Source of the DNA: Phoronis australis
Taxonomy: Eukaryota; Animalia; Phoronida
DNA: 64,000 bases
Assembly (NCBI GenBank): GCA_002633005.1
Contig: NMRA01000434.1
Coordinates: 281,464-345,463, forward strand
Direction: 5' to 3'
A program made the translations under genes and the position numbers. This document shows positions 54,601 to 64,000 of this stretch, in pieces; position 1 is the first letter of the stretch, and every line of letters begins with the position of its first letter. The notes under the pieces are model-generated. The model had not been told where the DNA came from, did not search any database, and saw nothing but the letters and a program-made list of their open reading frames with translations.

Positions 54601-57600
54601 AAAATGAAGAGTACTTATTCCCAATACTAGCTTGCACATCAAAGGGACAGTTTTCAAAACAGGGGGTACCAGTAAGCAGTTCCAGGTGAAACCCAGCCCC
54701 TCTGAGAACTGACCTGTAGTGAATCCTTGGTACTGGTGATCAGTCTTAGTTGTGACCTGGCCTCATCTAGCTGTGACCTTAGTTTGTTTGACTCTTCCTT
54801 CAGACTGTTAATGTTAGACGATGCGTTACCAAGACCTTTCTCACTGTCTGACACCAACTTCTCAAGCCTCTTAATCTGAAAGCAAGACGATAACATCCAG
54901 TTTGTATCATTCACAAACACGGAAAGGGGTCATTTACAAACACATTTTGACAACCAGTTTTCTAAACTGAGGACTGGTTATCAAACTGGTTCTCAAAATC
55001 TGGGACCTCTTTAAGTGACTACAGCCCAGTGTCTTTATAACAGATGAGGTGTCAATGTCAAACAAGAAGTGACTATTTCACACTGGATTTGCTTGTAATC
55101 GTTTGATAAACATGGTGAAACAACCGACACATCATGCTCATGAAAGAAGAAAAGGATGGCTTGCTGTGTACTTTTAAATATTACACTCACAAATATCTAC
55201 CATCTTTGTGAACCAGTTCAATCAACTCAATAGGTGTCATCCTACAGCCTGCAGGCCACATTTAGCCCACCTAACGATTTTCTGTAGCCAGCAACTGCAT
55301 GTTAGTCAGGTTTGTTTGGACCACAAACTGGTCACTTCATTAATTTAATTTTAACAGGAGTTTGTGAAATTCAGGACATCACATCATGCCATACACTGGA
55401 GCTGTAACATTCAGCTTTGCATCATACAGATTGCTCAATACCCAAAGAGCCGAGACATTCTGACATTCTTTTTACTTCCCACCCAGTGCCTTGTATAGTC
55501 AGTTTGGAGATGAGAAGTCTTTTTTATCACAAAGGGAAAGGCTTGGATGTGTGTGAGTACATGTTATTTCCCACTTCTGTATAATGGTCTAGTGGCCTGT
55601 TTATAAGGAAGAAATCTATCTGAATGTGTCAGAGATACAGTCAGGACAAATGACTTTTGCAATAAAAAGGAAGCAATTTAATTCCTGTTAGCATTGCAAA
55701 TTTTCCAATCTCATGTATATTTGTCACAATTAATGTATTTAGAGTTCTTAACAAGGATTTTATCTTGCTCCTAGCCATTATAATTTGTAATTCGATATGA
55801 TTTTTTCTCAATACTTTTGACACGTATTACATCATTACACAAATCCAATAGATGGCAGCCCAATCTCACCTCATTCAATGCAGTCTCCAGTTTCTGTGTC
55901 AGGCCTGCCTTCACTTCTTCATGTTCTGATGTCAACTTTGACCTTTCCTCCTCCAGTTGTTGCCGTAATGCTTCCATTTTCTCTTCAAGCTCCTATCAAC
56001 AACAGACACATTAGCTGTTGATTATGGTTTTTCAGCACTGTGAGCTTTGTCAAAGCCGTGTCACATACGTGAATGACAATTAGAAACACAGAAAAGTGAA
56101 TCCGATACAAAATCTTATCCATTCATCAAACTTGTTTTTTCTGTTTTGTTTTGTTAACAATTTGACCTGCAAACCAAATACTAATTGTCGGCTAATATAA
56201 GAGAATGTGATTCGTATCCATGTGAGAGGCAATTTGTGTGAAAACCACAATTCTTTTCAAGACTTCATCATTCAGGGTCCTCACTCACGGGAAAGAAAGA
56301 TGCTTATACTTTTGAGAAAGGAATTTCCTGGTAATTTTTTAATCATTAGAAGGAGAGAAATTTTGGGCCCAGGTGATAATTTCGGGCAATTTTTAAATAT
56401 TTCTACAGGGGAATGGAGCTGATATTCAAACACAAAATTGAGGCATCAAGGGCACTGTTACGAGACACATTGTTCATTGTGTAGTCACTGGGAAACACAT
56501 AATTATATTTAGATATTTACCAAGTAAGAAATAGCCTCCTTAGCTTATGTCATTCGGAACACCTTCGGTATTTTCGAAACCTCAAATTTCTTCAAAAAGG
56601 TGTTTCAGACCTGCGCACGGGTGAACTTGAGTCTAACAGCAAGTTATATGACTTTCCAAGTGGAGAATGATTGGCTGCACTAGTTCTAATTGGAAATGTT
56701 CCGAGTGAGCTACGCTTATGTATGTACTCTTCAGCAAATTATTACTTGGTGAAATGAAATTTCTATAAGTATGGTACATTGTCATGAAATTAGTTTTTTG
56801 TTGGTTTCTCTGTTCACACGCTGCAGATTGCGACTCTTATGACACCGTAGGATTTGAAGAAATTTTTACCAGTACTGCTAGTTCTTAAAACAACCAAAAC
56901 ATAAACTCCACTATCACCCCATCTTAATGCACACCTGTTTAAGCTTGTCCATACTGTTCTCGTTGTCTTTCTTTGAACTCTCCATACTGTCTGCATGTGA
57001 TTTCTTCAAGTCAACCATCTTGTTTTCATAGTCACTGATGAGAGTGGAGATTTCCGTCTGGAACTTGTCCTGCAAGTTCTTCATATCTCGATCATAACGT
57101 TCCTTCATCGTCTGCTTCTCAATTGACATGTCTTCCAGAGCCTGAAGGTATGGAAAAATGGAACAGAAAAGTCAGTTTCAATAGAAACACTCCCGTGGAT
57201 TACTGTCAAGACTACCATATTCACCATATCCAGCAGTGCCAACTGTCACATATTACCTAGAGACTGCATAGCAGTGGAATAAAAGAACAACTTACAACCA
57301 AAATTAAGAAAAACTGCCTCGTATGAAGTATCAGTTGTCTAATTCACTGCAATAGATAGTAATGGGGCATATGATTGAATTTTCAACTTTTAATTAGAAA
57401 TTCTAGTTGTCATGGTCATGTGAAACAACAACACAATCCATTTTACAACTAAGGTTCGGTGTTAACAACACCAAAACAACTTCAGTCCTGTAGAACATTA
57501 ACTAATCAACTCGGTCTACGCTGACCGTCCATTAAGACAATACCTTCTGCTGGCTCAGACCATGCCATAATATTACCAGTCTACAGAAGCACCGACATAC

Positions 57601-60600
57601 CCGATCATTCTCAGCAAATAAGAAACTATGGCGCTCACTCTGGTTTTGAATTAATCAATGCCATTACAAACAAGAACAACGCAGAGCGTTGAAATGCGCC
57701 CACAATTGCACCACATACGGTATCCTTCTAGGGTTGTTTATTGGTACCATAAAGTGGCCAGTAGAGGGCATATATGTAGTATGTTGTACTTTACAAAATG
57801 GAAAGGCATGGTCATTGTCTCCTCAATAGGCTAGGGGCAAAATGTGAGTAATCTTCATAATACAAGCACATCCTATACACCAGTTGCTTAAAGCACCACA
57901 GAAACATAGAATTAAAAACAAATTTACCAACATACGAGATTAGCACAGCATTAGAATGCCAGAAACAAATTTCTACTTGGAACTTTTCCTTCATAGTCAC
58001 GAAGTAACACAAAGTACACACCTGAAGAAAATACAGAGGTCAATGTAAAATACTAAAATTGCCACTAGAGGCAAATACTAAAATTGCCACTAGAGGAATA
58101 CCGGTAGTCAGAATCATCCTAAAGTCGTCATCGTCCGTTGTCAACATCACATAAATACACTTGCTAAATTTAGTAAAGATCCTGCAAACGGTTTGGGAGA
58201 TACAGCCATGGGCGCAAAAAAAAAAAAAAACTACCAGTAGGAGGCGCCACAGTAGTCCAAATCATCTGAAAATCATTGTCAGCTGTCTTCCTTATAGTAA
58301 GCACATACACGCCAATTTTCACAATCATCCTTTGAGCGGTTTGGTTGATAGAGGGGTGGACGCAAAAATACAGACTCGAAAACAGTAAAAATGGCCACTA
58401 GGTGGCGCAAACTACGTCGAATCCATCTGAAAACAGTAGGATAGCGTCATCTCACTAATAGGTGCCTACATACCAAATTTCATGAAAATCCGTTCAATAC
58501 TTTTGAAGATACAAAGGTAAGCGTAAAAAACTAAAATTGCCACTAGGGGGCACACCGGTAGTCGGATCCGACCAAAAGTCGTCATCTTCCGTTGTTAACA
58601 TCATATAAATATACTTACACAATTTGTAAAGATCCTGCGAACGGTTTAGGAGATACAGCCATAGGCGCAAAAAAACAAAACTGCCACTAGGAGGCGCCAC
58701 AGTAGTCGAAATCGTCGGAAAATCATCGTCAACCATCCTCTACATAGTAAGCATATACATGCCAATTTTCACAATCATCCTTTGAGCGGTTTGGTTGATA
58801 GAGGGGTGGACGCACAAAAACAGACTCGAAAACACTAAAAATGGCCACTAGGTGGCGCAAACTATGTCGAATCCATCTGAAAACGGGAGGATAGCGTCAT
58901 CTCACTAATAGGTGCCTACATACCAAATTTCATGAAAATCCGTTTAGGACTTTTGAAGATACAAAGGTAAGCGTAAAAAACTAAAATTGCCACTAGGGGG
59001 CACACCGGTAGTCAGATCCGTCCGAAAGTTCACACATGCCGTCCCATTCATGAATGGAACATATGTGCCAAATTTCATGAACGTATGTCAAAGGGTTTTG
59101 GAGATAGAGCAGCGGACGCCGGACGGACGCCGCCCGGACGGACGGACGGACGGACAGAGATGACAGCATAATAAATATGTGGGCGCATAACAAATGCATG
59201 AGACAAGCCGGGGTGACACTGACCCGTTCTAATGAGGCCAGCTGACTGCCCTGTTGCTGTGCTTGAGACTGACTCTTGTTCTCCAATGACTTGCGCTCAG
59301 TCTCCAGCCAGTTGAGCCGGTCTTTCAATTTACCCAGCTCACCCTTGAGCTCTCCAATCACCTTCTCCTGCTGGATCCGTGTGGCCTCCAGCTCACCAAG
59401 TTGTGCTGAAATGGAGACATCAAAACTGAGACAGACACTGGAAAAACATACACAATGCTAGGCTCGCACTAGACTTTTAAAGGTATTAGCCAAAATGGCT
59501 AAAAGCATCTGAAAAATTTTAGCCTTTTTCAAAAATTGTTAGCCAAATACTTTCTCTTTTCCGCACCTCCACACTTGATAAAAATACAGCTACACGGACT
59601 AAAATTTTCATTTTTTATGTTATGCACAGGTCCTATTGATAATGAACTACAAGAAAAGACAATTACATTTAGTTAAGAAAAAAAACAAAAGATCAACTTT
59701 CCAAGGTGGTATAGCAAAAACACTGGCAAATTAGGCAGGTTAAGGAGGGAGTAAGCTGGCCACTAGCCTTGACGCAATGCCGTATACTAAACAGCTTTGT
59801 GCCGATGTGGGTAAAAACTGACCAGATAAAATATGACACAAAATTAGCGTCATTAAAAACTACACTTTTCCTTGAGTAAACTAAATTATTTAGCGGTGTT
59901 GGAAAAATTGGCATTCTACCCTTATTCTGCCTCTAAAATTGTGGTGCAATCTTTTGTGTTGGCTTTCGGCAGCATGAAATATTGCATCATCTGTTGCCCA
60001 GTTTCTTTTATCACCAATTCTTCAATCAACTGTTGTTCTTTCACAAGATTGCGTTCACGTCACAACAAATTATCGGAACATAACTCGTGGCTTGTAAAAT
60101 AAAGCTAAGCCATGCAGAGTAGTGAATATAAAACTCATTAAGTAATTGACATTTACTTTAGCTTGCTTTCTTTCAGCCACTGCTGAAATAGTCTTCTATT
60201 TGTCATTTTGATTTTTGACTCTGTCACTTGCAGACGACAAGTGGCAGCAACCACACAGGATCTCACTATGAAGCGAAAAATTTCCATTACCAAGAGCGCT
60301 GACCCCCCCCCCCCCCCNCCCCCCCCCCCTACACAGTTGAAAATTTCATGCGGTACAAGAGTGATTTCAGGGGGGGAGTGACGGACATGAAACAGAACAT
60401 TCGCTTGCTATTTTTAGGACTCGGAATAGAAGTTAAAATTTCGTTTGCGGCGCGAATTGATTTGAGCTGACTGTGAGTCAACACGCAAGTAGGTTTTCCA
60501 AAATCAATTTTTATTGTCAAGTTGCGAAAACCTTTGCCAAGTTGGCGAATGGAACTAGATCTACCAACCCCAGAACCACTCAGAATTCGCCAATGGCGAG

Positions 60601-62281
60601 CTGGCGAGCGGCTAGCGCGAACCTAGCAATAATGGCAAAGATAATGATGAGAAAACAGCCACAAGAATCATGGAGACAAGACTTACTCGACTTGTTGAGC
60701 ATCTCTGCCGCCTGCTCAGCGCAACGCTCCTTGGAGGCAGCCAGCTCCGACTCAACATCCTTCAACCTGGATGAGACTAGCACCATCTCTTGCTTGGCAT
60801 CGGAAAGCTAGATGCAGACAATTGGTTGAAAAGGTGAACAACAAATGATTTTCAATACACATAATGTTACGTTTTCCAAAAATCACTTGTTTGAAAATCT
60901 GCTGAAACAGTAACTCTACTAGTGCATAACCAGTTATAAAATAACCCATGATGCTACAGTACACAAGATTTGAAGTTGCTATGATTTATCTAAGAACCAG
61001 AAGCATGAAAGATTCAGGGACCAATTTTCATAGAGTGGTACACCCATTCAGAGTTAAGATAGGTGTATCTTCAATTTTTAGCAGAACACGGTTAACTGAA
61101 GTGCTTTATGAAGATGGAGACTAACTGAGAAAACAAACTACATGGACAAATTCAAGTTTAAGCTACAAAGTTTTGTTTTAATAAAAAACAATATCACATT
61201 TGCAAAAAACATGTCTATGACCATCTTAGTTATGATGGGTATGCAGCCCTTAATGAAATGGGACTCAGAAGTTAATTACATAACTTATGTATGAACCCCA
61301 CTTGTGTCACATGTAAATGTACTTGATTTCTGTCAATGATAACTACTTTATTAAATCTTCAGTTGAATCTGAAAGATTATCATGTATTTCTGTTAAACCT
61401 GCGTTTACCTGTTTGGTGAGGCTTGAGATATTACTATCCTTGCTTTTTAACTTAGTTTGCAACTCGGCCAACTCATGCTTTAACTTTTCCGTTTCTTCTT
61501 CACTCAGAGACAACTGACCAATGAGTTCATCGACTCGTTTCTTAAATTGTCCTTCTTGAAACTGAGCATCTTTCTTAAAGGCATCGTACTGCTCCTGCAA
61601 AAGTCTTAGCTGCTCGTTGTCAGAAGCATTCTGTCTCTCACTAAGTGCTTTGAGTTCCTTTTCATAGAAAGCCTGTGCTTTACTTAATTTAAACTCATAC
61701 TCTTCACAGTCTTTTTCCTTTTCCTTTTTAAGTTGTTCACATGCTTCTTTTAACCTCTCAATTTCACTACCAAATTGTTTTTCCAGCTCAGCTTTCTGCT
61801 CTTCCAACCCTGAGCTTTGAAGTCTCTGAGTTTTCAACAACTGTTCTGTTTCAACACGGTGCGCTTGCCGCAACTCATCAAGCGCCACAAGTTTTTCATG
61901 CTCAAATCCTTCTTGCAATAATTTAATTTTGGCAACCTGATCCTCAAAGTCCTTTTTCATTTTTAACACATCTTTCGAAAGTGCCAGCATTTTCTGTGAG
62001 TGTGCAGTCTTGAGTTCCGTTTCCATCTCCTCGGCTTGCTTCTTGAACAGCTCAAACTCCAACAACGCAGCCTTCTTCTGACGCTCATGTTCAGTCACGG
62101 CCTGTTCTAATGACTCTATCCTACGTCTGTTGTCTAGATCGCTGCCTAGCTTAGATTTGTATGATTCTAACTTTCCCTTGGTTTCAGCTAGTAACTGCTG
62201 TGTTTGTTTCTCATGCTGTTCTTTTAGAGTGTTAACTATGGCTTCATGCTCATCGTTTTTTGTGTTTAGTGCATATATTAC
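30673..62281 (-). CDS. FAM184A: FAM184 family coiled-coil protein (5'-partial; 15 exons and ~1055 aa in the window)
   Basis: Exons (minus): 62281-61409, 60807-60687, 59405-59224, 57141-56935, 55992-55870, 54875-54714, 41760-41488, 40737-40525, 40086-39933, 39665-39538, 38997-38813, 38272-38126, 36968-36851, 34497-34393, 30849-30673; phases consistent. FAM184 signatures: [13 protein letters not shown] near the N-terminus; [21 protein letters not shown] and [18 protein letters not shown]...VGVLNPL near the C-terminus. First coding exon not found in the window. Confidence 0.9.
31014..34114. mobile_element. Non-autonomous Tc1/mariner (pogo/Tc2-like) DNA transposon, long copy 2
   Basis: TA|CCGTATTCACCGTAATAACCGCCCA ... 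TGGGCGGTTATTACGGCGAATACAG|TA. Both arms match 1421-2859, with ~1.6 kb of extra internal sequence. Confidence 0.85.
34597..36466. mobile_element. MITE with ~90-bp imperfect TIRs, interrupted by a LINE insertion
   Basis: taggggacagagtagttacct...gtactggcgg (34597-34690) is the reverse complement of ccgccagtac...aggtaactactctattcccta (36375-36466). Confidence 0.7.
34862..36240 (+). mobile_element. 5'-truncated, frameshifted CR1/L2-group LINE (reverse transcriptase fragment and 3' tail)
   Basis: [12 protein letters not shown]...[19 protein letters not shown] / YVDDT...KLLGVTVD...W..HI split over three frames (34892-35137, 35128-35835, 35732-35950); AT-rich 3' UTR ending aataaa then (tta)n. Confidence 0.9.
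40920..41335. repeat. ~115-120-bp tandem repeat x4 in a FAM184 intron
   Basis: atccttcagtaccatcagtttt...actagccttcctttagccccacc recurs near 40926, 41046, 41166 and 41281. Confidence 0.85.
42789..43194. mobile_element. TTAA-flanked non-autonomous DNA element (Kolobok-like), copy 2
   Basis: ttaa-agtggaacttgcacac...gtgcaaatacctct-ttaa; short imperfect TIR; homologous to 29821-30224. Confidence 0.75.
47007..47100 (-). mobile_element. Probable 3' tail remnant of a LINE or SINE
   Basis: Minus strand reads gagggtccccat...atggggctaccctc (stem-loop) followed by an (aat/gat)n tail. Confidence 0.4.
48121..48765 (-). CDS. Divergent intronless YKT6-like longin-domain protein (214 aa) nested in a FAM184 intron
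   Basis: Single uninterrupted ORF. YKT6 longin motifs [26 protein letters not shown]...F.IL.KVL.EF, L..YL.RYQDP; C-terminal CCAIL prenylation motif; SNARE segment poorly conserved. Confidence 0.85.
   Translation of the reverse strand: MELLAILLFYTNQYKDEPSFLKSAFHSSSAMFSKQTVTKKQIAFASVDMVKNATPLCRVSKKHVGFCCHAFVHGDSLAGVIVTDHSYPTEKSFAILYKVLSEFRKDVSRDLWESVAGNSAYFPKLESYLLRYQDPSCVEDALEMLANLEERGLAEVNTATAIVNIGDQETDQLLCRAEQMATEHYNTFSRAGHFCDETHLSANEKSGCKCCAIL
49697..53269 (+). CDS. Class A GPCR, FMRFamide-receptor-like (~415 aa, 2 coding exons), nested antisense in a FAM184 intron
   Basis: Exons 49697-50160 (..TTC AG|gtaagt) and 52486-53269 (tatag|G TAC ACA..). TM1 [14 protein letters not shown]2 [10 protein letters not shown]3 [11 protein letters not shown]5 WIP, TM7 NSGVNFILY; N-glycosylation sequons in the N-terminus; Ser/Thr-rich C-tail. 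Confidence 0.92.
50753..52340 (-). mobile_element. Degenerate Helentron/HINE-like element in the GPCR intron
   Basis: Ends (aaacgagaccaacgcgttgaaatgcacctac ... atatgtgggtgaataaaaa) resemble those of 57668-59190; decayed ~150-bp internal units (ccactac/ccattag, aaatttcatgaaaat). Confidence 0.6.
51510..51830. repeat. Degenerate ~21-22-bp minisatellite
   Basis: About 13 copies of aaaaatcttgtcaacatttt variants. Confidence 0.85.
57668..59190 (-). mobile_element. Helentron-associated non-autonomous element (HINE/DINE-1-like) with an internal tandem array
   Basis: On the minus strand: 5' subTIR ttATGCGCCCAC, (GTCC)n microsatellite (59114-59158), array of 145-161-bp units, 3' subTIR GTGGGCGCAT, hairpin AACGCtctGCGTT, terminal TCTTGTTT. 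Confidence 0.8.
59459..60625. mobile_element. hAT-like MITE filling most of a FAM184 intron
   Basis: TAGGCTCGCACTAG ... CTAGCGCGAACCTA terminal inverted repeats and subterminal tagcca/tggcga motifs; target duplication unclear. Confidence 0.55.
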
Positions 62282-63706
62282 CTGGAAAGAAAATACAAAC
62301 ATGCTTTTAGATTGGATGCACCACACCAAACTATTGAAACTAGGAATGTGAGGCGGATACAATCATAACATTCAATCTATTAAAACATTCATATTGGCCT
62401 GAAAGTGAATTTGTACTTCCAAAAAAATATCAGATATGGTACAAAGAGAACAGGAATAGGAATCTCAGCATCAGTTTTTGGCATGAAAAACACTAAATAT
62501 ACATATTCAGTAGAAAATTATAGCATGCTCAACTGCTCTTCACATTTTCTTGGCCAAATAAATTAAGCTGTAGGCCAATTAAGTATACCAAACTGTGAGC
62601 TGAGAAATTTAAAGGTTGGACTAAATTTAAAGACCACCGAGTAGTACCATAATTGACCAGTAAAAGATAGTGCAATCTTTGACAAAAGTATAACCATTGA
62701 AACATCTGTTTACTGAAAATTTCAAATTTTGTCATTCAGCACTCAATAAACTTTTTTGATTCAGCCTGAAGTGGTTTAATTTCAAAATGTGTGATCAAAA
62801 TGGCACAAGTTTAGAAACCTGCTGTTTCTGAACTTTCTGAAATCTGTTCTTTTATTCCCAAATTTAAGTTTAATCGGTGCACCTATACCGTGGCATTTGT
62901 TTTGATCGAAACACTTCATTAACACATAGGCTGGGGTTTCTATGTCCGCATTGTATGAATTGGTTGGGACATGCCGCAAACTTGGGAATTATGCTCTCTT
63001 CGGTATCTGTTTTTTCTCGCAGCAAGTTGAGGCTAAATACATGGTGGACACTCATTAAGGTTAACCTGAGCAACAAGCAGGTCATTATCCAGGATTTCGA
63101 AAATAGGGTGTCCAAAATGGGGTTCCCAATATTCCAGGGCATCCATGATTCTGACGTGTAACCCCCCCCCACCCCCAGCAATCCCCCCAAACACACACAT
63201 TTTTTTATAAAAAAATGCAAAGACCAAGGTTTTTACATCTAAGTTTACAAAACAGCCTTTTCTAGTGAGCATTTTTACTAAAAAAAACTGTAGACCAAGA
63301 CTTTTACAATGCTATCTATCAAGTGTGAACATAGCAACATTGTATATACTTTGAATATACACTGCATATTTATTCCTGCTTTGAAAAAAAGAGCCCCCAC
63401 TGTGAGCCTTCGGAGGCTTCCTAGTATTCATTACAATGTGTTAGTCCAAACTTGAAAGGTTCCTATTGACAGTGAGCATCCAAATGATACATTGGGTGTC
63501 CTTGCCAGGGCATCCAGATTAGGACGCACCCTGCATAAAGGCCTGGCAACAAGCCTTGTCCATTAGTTGGATATTACAGTCTCTGATTTGGAGAAACAGT
63601 TTCATCGCATTTCATCAACTGAACAATGTCCCCGTTATTCAGTGATCGACTGGTTGTCATAATCAGGGAACGCTATACTTGACTAGTGATCTTTGGCTCA
63701 TGTATT

Positions 63707-64000
63707 TGTAGTAAAGGCCGAGATCACCCGAACCGGGGATCGAACCCGCGACCCCCATAAAACCGGCAAGCGTGCTAACCATTCAGCTAATAGGCAATTG
63801 CCCATTAGCGAGTAGCTAAGAGAGGCTCATATAATTCACCGGAAGCACATTTACAACATTCCCCCCTTTCCTACGGAACGGGCACGCGACAGGAAGGTGA
63901 ACACCAGGATGTCTCGCATACAGGTCATCAACGTCCCTTGGTACCTTTACCACCACAACACAGGTGAACACAAGGTCGTCTCTCATACAGGTCCTTGACT
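63707..64000 (-). mobile_element. 3' LTR (63707-63858), PPT and internal region of a small LTR retroelement; the LTR carries a tRNA-like cassette
   Basis: LTR bounded by TGTAGTAAA...TTTACAACA. The minus-strand polypurine tract AGGAAAGGGGGGAA (63859-63872) directly abuts it. A-box TAGCTGAATGG (63779-63789) and B-box GGTTCGATCC (63737-63746) lie inside the LTR. Confidence 0.75.

Noticed and set aside
60303-60329. Poly-C tract as a regulatory G-quadruplex
   Set aside because: A homopolymer containing an N inside a MITE; length unreliable and no supporting context.
63716-63800. Functional tRNA gene
   Set aside because: A and B boxes and a T-arm are present, but the anticodon arm and acceptor stem are not canonical and the sequence lies inside an LTR.

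Overview
AT-rich, intron-containing animal genomic DNA, probably a marine invertebrate (lophotrochozoan-like; this is inference). Spliced gene models were rebuilt by hand from GT-AG sites and reading phase. In order: (1) the last two coding exons of an unidentified + strand gene; (2) a complete 7-exon SLBP gene on the - strand; (3) a complete 16-exon Cdc25 phosphatase gene on the + strand, head-to-head with SLBP across an ~870-bp promoter rich in E2F, CHR and NRF1 motifs; (4) a 5'-truncated FAM184-family gene on the - strand. A 13-kb FAM184 intron holds two nested genes: a 2-exon FMRFamide-receptor-like GPCR (+) and an intronless, divergent YKT6 paralogue (-) with an intact longin domain and CaaX tail but a degenerate SNARE core. 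Introns carry many non-autonomous elements: two Tc1/mariner-pogo-type copies, PIF/Harbinger-like and TTAA-flanked MITEs, two Helentron/HINE-like elements, a LINE fragment inside a MITE, and at the right edge a 152-bp LTR containing a tRNA-like Pol III cassette. No database searches were run; family calls rest on recognised motifs.
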